Shown: positions 1-9,450 of the stretch, one piece after another
Layout: every line of letters starts with the position of its first letter
Numbering within the stretch: the first letter of the stretch is position 1
DNA from: an uncultured Candidatus Saccharibacteria bacterium
GTDB lineage: Bacteria; Patescibacteriota; Doudnabacteria; UBA920
Length of the DNA: 64,000 nt
NCBI GenBank assembly: GCA_964504715.1
Contig: CAZDEP010000001.1
Coordinates: 16,830 to 80,829 of the forward strand
Direction of reading: 5' to 3'
Position numbers and translations under genes: made by a program
Notes under the pieces: generated by a model
What the model was told of the DNA's origin: nothing
The model's input: only the letters and a program-made list of their open reading frames with translations
The model's database searches: none

Positions 1-1787
1 TGCCGGTGAATGATACGGCCAACGGTACGGGCGGCATTCCGGGGACTGTGGCAAACACGGCAGCATCGGCGGCCTTTACATCAGCAGAGGCGGCTAATAA
101 AGTTTGCGAAACGGCAGAGCAGGCTTACTTTAAAACTGACTCCAATGTACAGCTGGCGTTTGGAGGCTTGGAGCTCATTAGTGGCGGTAAGGCTTTGTTG
201 TTACAGCTTGAGGCTAAGCAAAAAGCTTTGGAAGGTTTTATTTCTTGCCGGAAGGGCGTATTGACCACGGTAAAAGCCATTGTGGCGCCTAACACTTATA
301 CAGTCGGACAAAAGCAGAATTTAATTAATGATATCAGTTCGGTAATAGCCAGTCTGGAAGCCAAACAGGAACCGGTGAAGCAGCAAATGGCTCTGGCGCG
401 GCAGGGTTTTTGGAAGAGTATTGTCCTCCAGATTTTAATAAAAACCACCAAGGCGGTGACCACGCGCGTGGTTAACGACCTGACGTCGCAGTATAAAATT
501 AACGACGTTATGCGCTATACCGATGCGGTGGCGAGCCAGGTGTATACCAACCAGCTTATAAGGGACCAGTCAACCAGCGGCACGGAGCAGTTGATTATAC
601 GCTCTATGCTGACCAATCCGGTTTTAAAATCCAAAGTCCATTCCGCAGTTTACCAGGCCGCGGCCGACGCTTTGGAAGTAAACGGCAGCGTGTTTAACGC
701 CCGCAGCATCGACCCAAAGGACCCCGATTTTTACTTAAAGCTTTCCAAATACGGCATTGGCGAAACCAACCCGCAGTTTATGGAGAGGGTTTATGAGAAC
801 CGCGCGGCGGAAATGGACAAGGTGGGCAAGTCCATGGCGGCCAATGAAATTTTGGTGGGCTCGGGCTTAAAATCGCCGCGCAACTGCGCGGGCAATGTTT
901 CGCAGCAGCAGGCCATAGACCAGCAGTGGCAGCTAGCCAACGACAAAATGCAGAACCGGCTGAGCCTGTATAAGGAATTAAAAGAGGCTTATGACAAGCA
1001 GTACGCTTCGTTAAGTGCCAAGGACCAACAGCAGCTCGTGAAAGATTTGGACAAGGCACAGGCGGACTATTTAAAAGCCGGCGCGGAACTAAGGACCACG
1101 CCGGATAAATTTGAGTCGCCGGTTTTGGAAGTTTGCAAGTATATAGCTTCGCCCGCGGAAATGATTAACAAAGGCATAGATAAGGCTTTTGACAAATACA
1201 CCGACCATCTTTCCCAGTACAACGAAAGCAACCTGCCGTTCTTTATGAACCTGATTTCCGACATTGGGGCCAACGTCAGTCAGAGTTTAATTTTCGGTGG
1301 CAACCCCAAGGCCGTGCTTTTGGACGAAAGCCGGAACATTTCCACTGCCGCGAATTTGGGCTTGAGTTTTATGGACAGCAAAGTGTCAGAACAGAATTTG
1401 AGCAAGGGCGTGCAAATGGATTTTACGGGAAGCGGAGGCAGTTATACTTTAAGCTGGCAGCTTGTAGACGTAAAAGACGCAAGCTACGTGACCATTACGG
1501 GCCCGGGTGCTTCCAACGTACAGCTCGACAACGCGGGCAGGCCAATTGTAGATGTGGCTACCGGCCAACCCAAAGTAAATAAACTCCCAACCCTGGGTTC
1601 ACTAGATGTAAGAGCTCCAAACGGCGGGACTTATTCGCTTCAGGTTTTTGACAGCCAGAACCGGAAACTTAGCAACACGGCGACTCTTACTGTGCCAAAT
1701 CCAAATTCAGCTGTTAGGGGCGCGGCAATAGAAAGTCCGCGGGGGCCTTCGGTAGAAAAAATTGTGCTAAGTGAAAGTTTAAGATAG
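1..1787 (+). CDS. Hypothetical large protein, probably the C-terminal part of a gene that starts upstream of the window; no recognisable catalytic motif; sits first in the T4SS-like cluster
   Basis: The ORF is open from the window edge (GTG at 6 with no upstream stop) and runs to a TAA at 1787. It is followed by two tandem hairpin terminators. Composition is Ala/Gln/Asn/Ser-rich. Confidence 0.45.
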   Translation, partial: PVNDTANGTGGIPGTVANTAASAAFTSAEAANKVCETAEQAYFKTDSNVQLAFGGLELISGGKALLLQLEAKQKALEGFISCRKGVLTTVKAIVAPNTYTVGQKQNLINDISSVIASLEAKQEPVKQQMALARQGFWKSIVLQILIKTTKAVTTRVVNDLTSQYKINDVMRYTDAVASQVYTNQLIRDQSTSGTEQLIIRSMLTNPVLKSKVHSAVYQAAADALEVNGSVFNARSIDPKDPDFYLKLSKYGIGETNPQFMERVYENRAAEMDKVGKSMAANEILVGSGLKSPRNCAGNVSQQQAIDQQWQLANDKMQNRLSLYKELKEAYDKQYASLSAKDQQQLVKDLDKAQADYLKAGAELRTTPDKFESPVLEVCKYIASPAEMINKGIDKAFDKYTDHLSQYNESNLPFFMNLISDIGANVSQSLIFGGNPKAVLLDESRNISTAANLGLSFMDSKVSEQNLSKGVQMDFTGSGGSYTLSWQLVDVKDASYVTITGPGASNVQLDNAGRPIVDVATGQPKVNKLPTLGSLDVRAPNGGTYSLQVFDSQNRKLSNTATLTVPNPNSAVRGAAIESPRGPSVEKIVLSESLR

Positions 1788-1800
1788 AAAAATTATTAAA

Positions 1801-1845
1801 AGGGTCATCCTTGCTAAAAGCAAGGATGACCCTTTTTTGTTTTTC
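1801..1845 (+). terminator. Rho-independent terminator (first of a tandem pair)
   Basis: Perfect hairpin agggtcatccttgc-taaaa-gcaaggatgaccct followed by tttttgttttt. Confidence 0.75.
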
Positions 1846-1855
1846 GGCCTTAATG

Positions 1856-1908
1856 GATGACGGTCTTCTTGCAAAAGCTAGAAGACCGTCATCTTGTTTT
1901 TTTGGTGT
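1856..1908 (+). terminator. Rho-independent terminator (second of the tandem pair)
   Basis: Hairpin gatgacggtcttct-tgcaaaagc-tagaagaccgtcatc followed by ttgttttttt. Confidence 0.7.
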
Positions 1909-1969
1909 GGATAAGCCTTAAGGCCCGGGTTATTTTCAAGGTTTAATCGGATTTGGAAATTTTTGTTGC

Positions 1970-1980
1970 TTTGTGGTATA
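1970..1980 (+). promoter_or_regulatory. Extended -10 promoter element TGTGGTATAAT upstream of the VirB6-like gene
   Basis: Exact tgtggtataat. The same 11-mer recurs upstream of other genes at 15326 and 34693, with variants at 8165 and 44302. Confidence 0.5.
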
Positions 1981-2035
1981 ATTATTTAAACAGTGCAGAA
2001 GAAATATCAGGAAAAATCATTATTTTTTTGATTTT

Positions 2036-5000
2036 TTGAAAACGAAACTAAAAGCAAAAATTGTGAGATTTTTAGGACACTCAAGGCGCTTGAAATTGGC
2101 TTTTGCGTCTTTTTTGCTATTGGCCTCCCTTGTTCCTATTGGGGGTTTATTTAGCTCTGCGCCGGCTGCGCGGGCCCAAACCACCGCTGGTACCAGTCCC
2201 AATACGGTATTTAAGGCGGAAAATTTGGATATTTCAATAGGTACGGACCCGAGCGGCAACGGGGTAAAAAGCGAATATAGAGTGGTTGTAAACGAGCCTT
2301 TAAAAATAAAATATTACTTAAATTGGGGACCGAGCACCCAAAACGGCTATCCGGCTTTGGATTCTACAATAAATACCGAGCGCACGTCCGCGGCATTAAA
2401 AGGTTTTTACGCCGGTTTTAACTACGCGGACTTTGATATTCCCCGTTGTTACAGCTATGGCGGCAGCGCAAATTGCGTACTTAATGCGACCTCCAAGGTA
2501 AGTACGAGCCTGCCTGTTTTGGAAGGTATGGACGTGCCGTATGCCACTCTAATTAAGGACGGAAATTTTCCCTTAAAAAGCGCATCCTCAACGCCCGTGG
2601 GTGAACCTTTGGGCTCCAAAGGTTTTGCTGTTTTTCCAATTTTGAAACTGGATTCCAACATGGGCAGTAATGACTATGGCTTGAGCAAGAATCCGGCCAA
2701 GCTCATAGTCAAGGTTTATGCCAATGAAGCATCCAGAAAAGCGTCGTTTGACAAAGATGGACTGCAATATATAGCCGGTCAGCAGGAAACCGGCCAGGCG
2801 GTTAATGTTACGGCGCGCGGCAGGTCCAGCACCCAAGCCAGTTCCCTAACTTCGTTTTTAAACGATTTGTTTACGGGCATTGCGCAGTTTTTTATTGGAT
2901 TGACTTATGTAGTTTTCACCAAAGTCATATCTCCGCTTTTGGAAGGTTTGCTGTCCATAAGGGTCTATACGGACCAGTTTGTAAATGTTATTTATCCCGG
3001 CTGGGAAGTGTTGCGCAACGTGGTGAATATTTATTTTATAATTGCCATTATTGCCATAGCTTTGGGCACGCTGTTTAGGCTCGAATCCTACCAGGCCAAG
3101 CATTTGCTGGTGCAGCTGATTATTGCGGCTTTAACGGTTAACTTTAGTTTGGTTATTGGCCAGGCCATTTTGGGCGTTGCGGACACGGTGCAAAGCCAGT
3201 TTTTGCCCAACAGCAGTACAGTCATAAGAGACCTGGGTAAAAATTTAATGCCCGCGAACATTCAGGACATTGTAAACGCCAATCCGTTGACGCAGGACAG
3301 CTTTTTTGGCAGCGCCATTACCACGCTGTTTTTAATGTCTATGGCTGTGGGTTCGTTTTTGGTTTTTGCCGCGATTGCCATTTTTTTGATTATTAGAATT
3401 ATAATGCTTTGGATTCTGCTTATGGTTTCGCCTTTGGCGTATGCGGCGCGCGTTTTGCCTTCCACGCAAAGTTTAAGCGGCCAGTGGTGGGGGGAATTTT
3501 TAAAGTATGCGTTCTTTACGCCGGTTATGGCGTTCTTCCTGAATTTAACCGCCATAATTGCGGTGAAATATGAATTTGTATTTAGGGATATAAACTCGCG
3601 CGTGGTGGCCGGGGATCCGCAGCTTAAGGATTTAAGCACGCTGATTTTTGCCACGGCCAGCAACATTTTGCTGTTGGTATTTTTGGTTGCGGCCATTCAG
3701 GTTGCGGACAAGTTTGGCATATACGGAGCGAATGTCATAACCACCACAGTCAAAACCGGCATGTTCGCACCGTTTGCGGGCGCAGGCGGCGCGGCGGCTT
3801 TGGCGGGTAAAGGGGCGCAATGGTTAGGCGGGGACGTTGCGGGCGGATGGCTGCAAAAAAAATACAACAACTGGACCGCAGGTTTGGCGGAGGGTTCCAG
3901 GGGCAAAAAGATTGCTTACGGTATGTTGCACTTGCCCACATATTTTAAATCTCTTAGGAAAGATTCTGGGGAAGAGCTGGAAAGAAGCAAGTCCTTAACT
4001 TCCGCTGCCGCTTTGAGCATTAAAAGGCAGACGCCAGGTTTTAGGAGGCAAGGTGAAGACCCCTTGGCTTTGTATAACGAACACCAAGGCAAAGAACTTA
4101 TGGAAGAACGCAGGGGTGAAGCTTCAAGCAGTGAACAGGATGAAGTCCAGTTTGCAATGCAGCTATGGAGGAAAGCGCGTGATGGGGACAAAGACGCTCA
4201 ACTTATGTTGCCTGAACAATTGCGCCGCATGTTTAAGAACCACAACATGAATGAATTTGTGGAAAATTTTGGTGAAGAGTTTGATATGGAATTTACGGGT
4301 GGTAGGAAGCTTCAATATAAGGATTTGAGATATAACAAAAATAATCTCGGCGGCGTTTTGGACTACATGAAAGCGAATGGCGCGTTGTCCCACCACGTTC
4401 ATGAAGACTTCCAAAAACGTTTAGGTTCACTGGCCTATGATTCGAAAGATTTTACAGGTGCGGAAATGACTTGGACTGACGAACATGGCCATGCTCATAC
4501 CATAAAAAGGGAATACGATCCGGCAACTGTTAGTTTTAAGACGGTCGGCATTGAAGATTATAACGCATTACGAGATTTTGCCTCCTTGGAAATACATAAC
4601 CGGGGATTAGATGTCTTACCTTCTGACGACGAACGGACTGTTGCCAGGAAAACTCGGGAGGCAGGTAGGATTGTCCATGCAGTTGAGACAGGTGATAATA
4701 CTTATGGATATGGGGCCTTACAGTCTACATTTCGCAGTTCAGCTCAAGCACGAGCTTTGCATGGTGGAAATGGCTTTAATGCGGTGAATTATGAAAATGC
4801 AATGCATGATCAAACGAAGATTTTGGAGAAACAAATCAACTTAAGCAAGCAGAAAGGTATTCAACAATTGGATCAGTGGTGGGAATCTCAAATATCTAAA
4901 GATAGTGCCGGAAACACAGTTTTTGGCAGCTCTGGGAAATATACATTCACCCATTTAACTTCAGGTCACGAATATATTGCAGGCCGTGATGGCATGGCTG

Positions 5001-5308
5001 ATAGGGTTAAAGAATTTTATTTGCCTTTAGTGGTAAGAAAGCAGGCCCAACTGCGAGAAAATTTGAAGGATTCAGTTTTAGAAGAAGCTAGGGCAAAAGG
5101 CAGATATGTAGCTGATTTAGAAAGAGAGACTTCTGAGCAAGAATATAGAAATTTGCGTTTAGCATATATGGCTGTATTTAAAGATCCTAAACAGCTTGAT
5201 AATGCGGTAAGTGCGGCAGGAGGCCTGGGAGCCGGAACAAAAGCAGACTATGACAGGGTTGTCGCAAGTTTAAGGGCGGAGTTATCCAGGCCCGGGCTGG
5301 TTCCATAA
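2036..5308 (+). CDS. TrbL/VirB6-like polytopic membrane protein of a type IV secretion-like system. It has an N-terminal signal peptide and secreted domain, a central block of about 6-8 TM helices (roughly aa 280-560), and a ~530-aa C-terminal soluble domain.
   Basis: N-terminal signal-like segment LKLAFASFLLLASLVPIGGLFSSAPAARAQT. The long hydrophobic core resembles TrbL/VirB6 topology. Gene context also fits: a PrgI-like gene and VirB4 follow. Confidence 0.5.
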   Translation: MKTKLKAKIVRFLGHSRRLKLAFASFLLLASLVPIGGLFSSAPAARAQTTAGTSPNTVFKAENLDISIGTDPSGNGVKSEYRVVVNEPLKIKYYLNWGPSTQNGYPALDSTINTERTSAALKGFYAGFNYADFDIPRCYSYGGSANCVLNATSKVSTSLPVLEGMDVPYATLIKDGNFPLKSASSTPVGEPLGSKGFAVFPILKLDSNMGSNDYGLSKNPAKLIVKVYANEASRKASFDKDGLQYIAGQQETGQAVNVTARGRSSTQASSLTSFLNDLFTGIAQFFIGLTYVVFTKVISPLLEGLLSIRVYTDQFVNVIYPGWEVLRNVVNIYFIIAIIAIALGTLFRLESYQAKHLLVQLIIAALTVNFSLVIGQAILGVADTVQSQFLPNSSTVIRDLGKNLMPANIQDIVNANPLTQDSFFGSAITTLFLMSMAVGSFLVFAAIAIFLIIRIIMLWILLMVSPLAYAARVLPSTQSLSGQWWGEFLKYAFFTPVMAFFLNLTAIIAVKYEFVFRDINSRVVAGDPQLKDLSTLIFATASNILLLVFLVAAIQVADKFGIYGANVITTTVKTGMFAPFAGAGGAAALAGKGAQWLGGDVAGGWLQKKYNNWTAGLAEGSRGKKIAYGMLHLPTYFKSLRKDSGEELERSKSLTSAAALSIKRQTPGFRRQGEDPLALYNEHQGKELMEERRGEASSSEQDEVQFAMQLWRKARDGDKDAQLMLPEQLRRMFKNHNMNEFVENFGEEFDMEFTGGRKLQYKDLRYNKNNLGGVLDYMKANGALSHHVHEDFQKRLGSLAYDSKDFTGAEMTWTDEHGHAHTIKREYDPATVSFKTVGIEDYNALRDFASLEIHNRGLDVLPSDDERTVARKTREAGRIVHAVETGDNTYGYGALQSTFRSSAQARALHGGNGFNAVNYENAMHDQTKILEKQINLSKQKGIQQLDQWWESQISKDSAGNTVFGSSGKYTFTHLTSGHEYIAGRDGMADRVKEFYLPLVVRKQAQLRENLKDSVLEEARAKGRYVADLERETSEQEYRNLRLAYMAVFKDPKQLDNAVSAAGGLGAGTKADYDRVVASLRAELSRPGLVP

Positions 5309-5326
5309 GCTAACTTAATTTAAAAA

Positions 5327-6409
5327 ATGGTTTTAATTGAACTAAACAAAGTAAAAAATATTATAAATTCCAGCTCTTATCCTTTAGATTTAAAGGATAA
5401 GCTAATTTCAATTTTGCCCCATTTGGAAAAACATACTTTAACTGGTTTTGGAAAAGAATTGGACACGACGGATTCAAGCCTCGTTGCTAAATTATTGGCC
5501 ACTAAGTGGGAAGAATTCGGTGTTATTTTGGAAGGGGTTAAAAGGTTGGAGCAGGATTATTTTAATTCTTTTATGGCAAAATTGGAACAAGCAAGAAAAA
5601 GTCTTAAAGAGGAAGACAAAATTCATTTTTTATACCTAGTGTTGGATGTTAGGCCTTTAATATCTTCCGGGCAACAATCACCCCCCATAGACCAGTTGAA
5701 TAAAATACTTGATTATGAAATAAATTTATTTTGGCATTTGCCCAAATCTGAGGTTATATATTTGCTTCAAAATCATTTACTTTTTCTGGAATCCGAGGTC
5801 GATTTACTTAGGCATGTTCAGGCTGCGGTATGGGAAAATGATTGGGATTATACGAAAGACTTCGAAAAAACATTTTCGGATTGCATTCTCCACAATAAGG
5901 AAATTTTAGGGTCAAAAGAACCTCATAGTGTTTCAGATTGGATAAAGTTTTACTTTGAATCCGGTTTACAAAAAACCAATCAAATAAATACCATGCAGGT
6001 TGCGGAGTATTTATTCAAAAATCGACAAGTGCAAAGGTTGAGTGAGCGAGAAAAGAGAACTTTGTCGCAGGTACTAAAGCTCTTGGCGTGGCTGAAGGAT
6101 CCGCAACTCGACGAACTGGAAGTTTTAAAATATAGAGAGGGGTTGAGGAATGTGGAGGCAGAAGAACTGGAAGAAGGCATTATTTCACTAATGAGCCGCG
6201 AGCCTGAGGATAAAAAGTTACAAAATGTGGATTTCGTTGTAAAGAAAAAGAATTTAGAAGTTGAGGTAGTGCCCGGGCTGAATTGGGGGGATGTGAGTCC
6301 GCAGCCGGTTAGGAAATTGCCGCCGGTGCCGCCAAGGCCTTCGGTGGATATAGAAAAAAAGCTCGCGGAGTTGAAAAGCAAGGCGCAAAAAAACAGTAGC
6401 AGGCCGTGA
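5327..6409 (+). CDS. Hypothetical Leu-rich protein with a Pro-rich C-terminal tail, inside the T4SS-like cluster
   Basis: Intact 360-aa ORF immediately downstream of the VirB6-like gene; no recognised motif. Confidence 0.35.
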   Translation: MVLIELNKVKNIINSSSYPLDLKDKLISILPHLEKHTLTGFGKELDTTDSSLVAKLLATKWEEFGVILEGVKRLEQDYFNSFMAKLEQARKSLKEEDKIHFLYLVLDVRPLISSGQQSPPIDQLNKILDYEINLFWHLPKSEVIYLLQNHLLFLESEVDLLRHVQAAVWENDWDYTKDFEKTFSDCILHNKEILGSKEPHSVSDWIKFYFESGLQKTNQINTMQVAEYLFKNRQVQRLSEREKRTLSQVLKLLAWLKDPQLDELEVLKYREGLRNVEAEELEEGIISLMSREPEDKKLQNVDFVVKKKNLEVEVVPGLNWGDVSPQPVRKLPPVPPRPSVDIEKKLAELKSKAQKNSSRP

Positions 6410-6688
6410 GAAGCAGGAAGCAAGAAGTAAGTATTAAGAAATAAGAGAAAAGAGAGAAATAAATTTAAATGAAATCTTGGATACCCAAAGGGAAAAGCTT
6501 TAAATGGTATCACAAAAAGAAAAAGCCCCCGATGCGGACGAAACCGCATAAGGGTCTTTCTCATGGTGATATAGTTATTATAACAGGAAAAAGAAAGCTG
6601 TCAAGCCATACTTGAAATTCATAAAATATGCAGCAATTGGAAATCAACAAAATACACCCTGTGAAATAATTTCAAATTTTTTCTTGTT

Positions 6689-6943
6689 ATGTTCTATGTT
6701 TATGTTTTACTTTCGAATAAAGATCATAAATTATATATTGGTTATACTAAAAATTTGAAATTAAGATTTGAGCAGCACGGTAATGGTGAGGTTGAATCAA
6801 CTAAAAATCGCAGGCCGTTGATTTTAATTTATTACGAAGCATGTTTGAATAGATCCGATGCAACAAAACGCGAGAAGTATTTTAAAACACATTATGGCCA
6901 TATGTTTATCAAAAAAAGGCTCAAATCTTATTTCACGGGGTAA
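6689..6943 (+). CDS. GIY-YIG domain nuclease (small stand-alone UPF0213/YhbQ-like type)
   Basis: N-terminal YVYVLLSNKDHKLYIGYTKNLKLRFEQH is a classic GIY-YIG signature (GIY ... YIG spacing, downstream R and E/H); 84 aa. Confidence 0.7.
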   Translation: MFYVYVLLSNKDHKLYIGYTKNLKLRFEQHGNGEVESTKNRRPLILIYYEACLNRSDATKREKYFKTHYGHMFIKKRLKSYFTG

Positions 6944-6948
6944 AAATC

Positions 6949-8088
6949 ATGCAACAAGCTGAACTAAACAAAATTACACAATTAGTAAAAGAATCTTCTC
7001 TATTAAATCCCCAGGAGCGGGAAGAGTGGCTGACTTTAATGGGCTTGATGAATGACAAGCAGCTTTTGGAATTGGAGAAAATATTGGATAGTAACCGGCA
7101 AGCACCCATTGCCAAGCCGGCGCCTTTGGTGCCGCCTTTGGGCAGTTTAATTCCGGCAAAAACGCCCATTGTGCCTGAAAAAAAGGTGCCCGCACCGAAT
7201 TTTGCCGCGCCGAATTTGAGTCATATAGTCAATTTGCCCAAAGTTGGAGCCGTTTTTCCGCATCCCGTGGCGGCTATTGCCAAACCCGCGCCTAAGCTTG
7301 CTGAAAAACCCGCCTCAGCAAAGCCCCTTTCGGCCGGGAATGGTTTTTGGAGTAAAGTTAAGGACGTACTGGCGGAAAAAGAACTGCCTCCCGGGCATAA
7401 GGAACCAACCGAGGAGCTGGAGCTCATAGGCCCGCGGCCGCAAAAATTGCCCGCGCCCCTTCCGCCCAAAAAGCCCGGCGCGGAACCGACTAAAATATTT
7501 GCCCAAAATGTTTACATAAGCCCGTTGCCGCCGCAAAACCCCGCGCCGCACAAAGATTTAATTTTGCCCTCCCGAGGCCAAGTTGAACTTTCTGCAAAAA
7601 AGGTTTTGGAGCCAAAAGCCCAAACGCCTGAGCAGATCGACAAGCTGTTTGTTGCCGGCCTCAAGAATACCAAGGTTTTAATGGATGCCAAATTGGAAGC
7701 CGAACGCAAAAGATTGGCGCCAATTTTGCCTCCGGTCTTGGCGCCCAAAACCCCGGCCGGACAACTTCCAAAAATTTCCACCCCGTCATCACAGCCTGTA
7801 TTTTCCCTTACTAAAGTTGAAGATGTGGAACAGCTTAAAGGCGGCACTGTAAATTCCCAAGAAGCTTCCAAACTCGGTGATCAATTAAGGGATTTGGTGC
7901 GTATGTACGGTTACCACAAAGTGGTTTTCAGTCTGGAAAAAAGTCCGGCTTATAAAAGCTATATAAACACCGGTTTGGCAGCGCTTTCCGGAAAATACGA
8001 TTTCGGGCCAAACGGCAGTGGCGGCAAGTATATGAGCCGGGAAGAGTTTGAAAGCTTTGTGGACGTTTTAAGGAAAATGAAGGGTTAA
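6949..8088 (+). CDS. Hypothetical Pro/Ala/Lys-rich protein, low-complexity middle, structured N- and C-termini
   Basis: Intact 379-aa ORF; the middle has PAP/PKP-type repeats; no catalytic motif. Confidence 0.35.
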   Translation: MQQAELNKITQLVKESSLLNPQEREEWLTLMGLMNDKQLLELEKILDSNRQAPIAKPAPLVPPLGSLIPAKTPIVPEKKVPAPNFAAPNLSHIVNLPKVGAVFPHPVAAIAKPAPKLAEKPASAKPLSAGNGFWSKVKDVLAEKELPPGHKEPTEELELIGPRPQKLPAPLPPKKPGAEPTKIFAQNVYISPLPPQNPAPHKDLILPSRGQVELSAKKVLEPKAQTPEQIDKLFVAGLKNTKVLMDAKLEAERKRLAPILPPVLAPKTPAGQLPKISTPSSQPVFSLTKVEDVEQLKGGTVNSQEASKLGDQLRDLVRMYGYHKVVFSLEKSPAYKSYINTGLAALSGKYDFGPNGSGGKYMSREEFESFVDVLRKMKG

Positions 8089-8152
8089 GTTAGGGAGTAA
8101 AAATTTGGAATTTATTTAGGCATTAGGCCAGTTGGGAATTTTAGTCAAAGTA

Positions 8153-8173
8153 TTGAACTATCCATGGTATAAT
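8153..8173 (+). promoter_or_regulatory. Sigma70-like promoter (TTGAAC -35 and extended -10 TGGTATAAT) upstream of the PrgI-like gene
   Basis: ttgaac-tatccatgg-tataat about 25 nt upstream of the start codon at 8198 (spacer short, call driven by the extended -10). Confidence 0.45.
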
Positions 8174-8197
8174 TACATATATAGAGTAAGCGCATAA

Positions 8198-8650
8198 ATG
8201 CAATATCCGGTACCACAATTCACCGATGTAGAGGACAAGCTCATAGGGCCTTTGGGCGCTAAGCAGTTTTTTATTGTTTTCGCAGCGGGCATCCTTATTT
8301 TTGCCGGATATTCCGCCACCAAAAGCATAGTAGCTCTCATTTTGCTGATTGTAATTTTCGGCTTGCCGGCTTTGGGTCTGGCGTTTGCCAAAATCAACGG
8401 CAGGCCCGCTTACAGGCAGCTTGGCTTTTTAATGTCTTTTTTTACCGCGCCCAAAAAACTGATTTTCCATAAAGAAGCGGTAAATTTTTCCCAAGAGACC
8501 AAAATGAAGGACATAAAGCTGGAAACGCAAGATACGGGGCCGGTTGAATCAAAAGAAACCACCCAGCAAAGGCTAAAAACAGTCCAGGAGCTATTAAGGA
8601 AACAGCAGGAAGAGGAAGAGATGCTTATTGACAAAATTGACCATAATTAA
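8198..8650 (+). CDS. PrgI-family (VirB3-analogous) small membrane protein of Gram-positive-type T4SS
   Basis: N-terminus VPQFTDVEDKLIGPLGAKQFFIVFAAGILIF matches the PrgI consensus (vp.di..EDKi.GPLtlRQf), followed by two TM helices. It sits directly upstream of VirB4, as in conjugation operons. Confidence 0.6.
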   Translation: MQYPVPQFTDVEDKLIGPLGAKQFFIVFAAGILIFAGYSATKSIVALILLIVIFGLPALGLAFAKINGRPAYRQLGFLMSFFTAPKKLIFHKEAVNFSQETKMKDIKLETQDTGPVESKETTQQRLKTVQELLRKQQEEEEMLIDKIDHN

Positions 8651-8744
8651 AAAATTGACAAAATTATGAAGCAGAAAATTAAGTCCTAAAGCAAAAAGCA
8701 ATTTTGTCATTTATGTCAATTTTTTAAATTTTGTCAATATTTAT

Positions 8745-9431
8745 ATGGAAATGGAAAAGAAAAACAAAACCGCGGTAAAAAGCACCCAAAGTTTTTTGCG
8801 CCTCAGTGAAATAAAAAACGACACCGTGGTGGTGGACGACGGCACTTTAAGGGCCATAATTGCGGTTTCGTCCACAAATTTTGACTTAAAAAGCCAGGAC
8901 GAACAGGAAGCAATAATTTTTAATTACCAAAGATTTTTAAATTCCCTGGAGTTCCCGGTCCAAATTTTAATGCAGAGCCGCAAAATGGAAGTGGGGGCCT
9001 ACGTGGAAAAGCTCAAAAAGCTTTCGGAAAAGCAGACTAACGAGCTGTTAAGGGTGCAGACGGTGGAATATACGGAATTCATAAGCCGGCTAATAGAAAA
9101 CGCCAGCATTATGAACAAGAATTTTTATGTCATAGTGCCTTTGGGAAAAAGCATAACACCAAGCCCGGCTGGGATTTTTAGCCGGATATTTTTGGGCGGA
9201 AAAAGCAAGGAGGCCGCCGAAAGGATACAAAATTTTGAAAAAAACAGCGAAGAGCTTTCAACGAGGGTTGTTGCCGCCATTGGCGGGCTTTCCCAGGTGG
9301 GCCTAAAGGCTGTCCGCTTAAGGACGGAGGAAATTATCCAGCTTTATTATAATTCCTATAATTTTGAAAGCGGCCCCGTTATTGACCCTAAAAGCTTGGC
9401 CGAGATAAAACTGGCTGAGCCACAAAAATGA
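8745..9431 (+). CDS. virB4: VirB4/TrbE-family ATPase, N-terminal fragment (aa 1 to about 228); the rest of the gene resumes at 9921 after an inserted element
   Basis: TVVVDDGTLRAIIAVSSTNFDLKSQDEQEAIIFNYQRFLNSLEFPVQILMQSRKMEV is the canonical VirB4/CagE N-terminal motif (lkdGslraiievsginfdL.seeEqe.ii..fq.fLnsLdfpiQi...sr). The ORF stops about 20 bp before the element's left TIR. Confidence 0.65.
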   Translation: MEMEKKNKTAVKSTQSFLRLSEIKNDTVVVDDGTLRAIIAVSSTNFDLKSQDEQEAIIFNYQRFLNSLEFPVQILMQSRKMEVGAYVEKLKKLSEKQTNELLRVQTVEYTEFISRLIENASIMNKNFYVIVPLGKSITPSPAGIFSRIFLGGKSKEAAERIQNFEKNSEELSTRVVAAIGGLSQVGLKAVRLRTEEIIQLYYNSYNFESGPVIDPKSLAEIKLAEPQK

Positions 9432-9450
9432 ATAGTGAAGTAAGAATTAT

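Noticed and set aside
778-1273. Minus-strand ORFs (93 aa and 68 aa) inside the first large gene, plus many other antisense ORFs listed in the six-frame track (e.g. 3262-3696, 12908-13762, 17086-17670, 30405-31016, 51498-52118)
   Set aside because: They lie entirely within, and antisense to, long well-supported genes, have biased low-complexity composition and no motifs. They are typical shadow ORFs.
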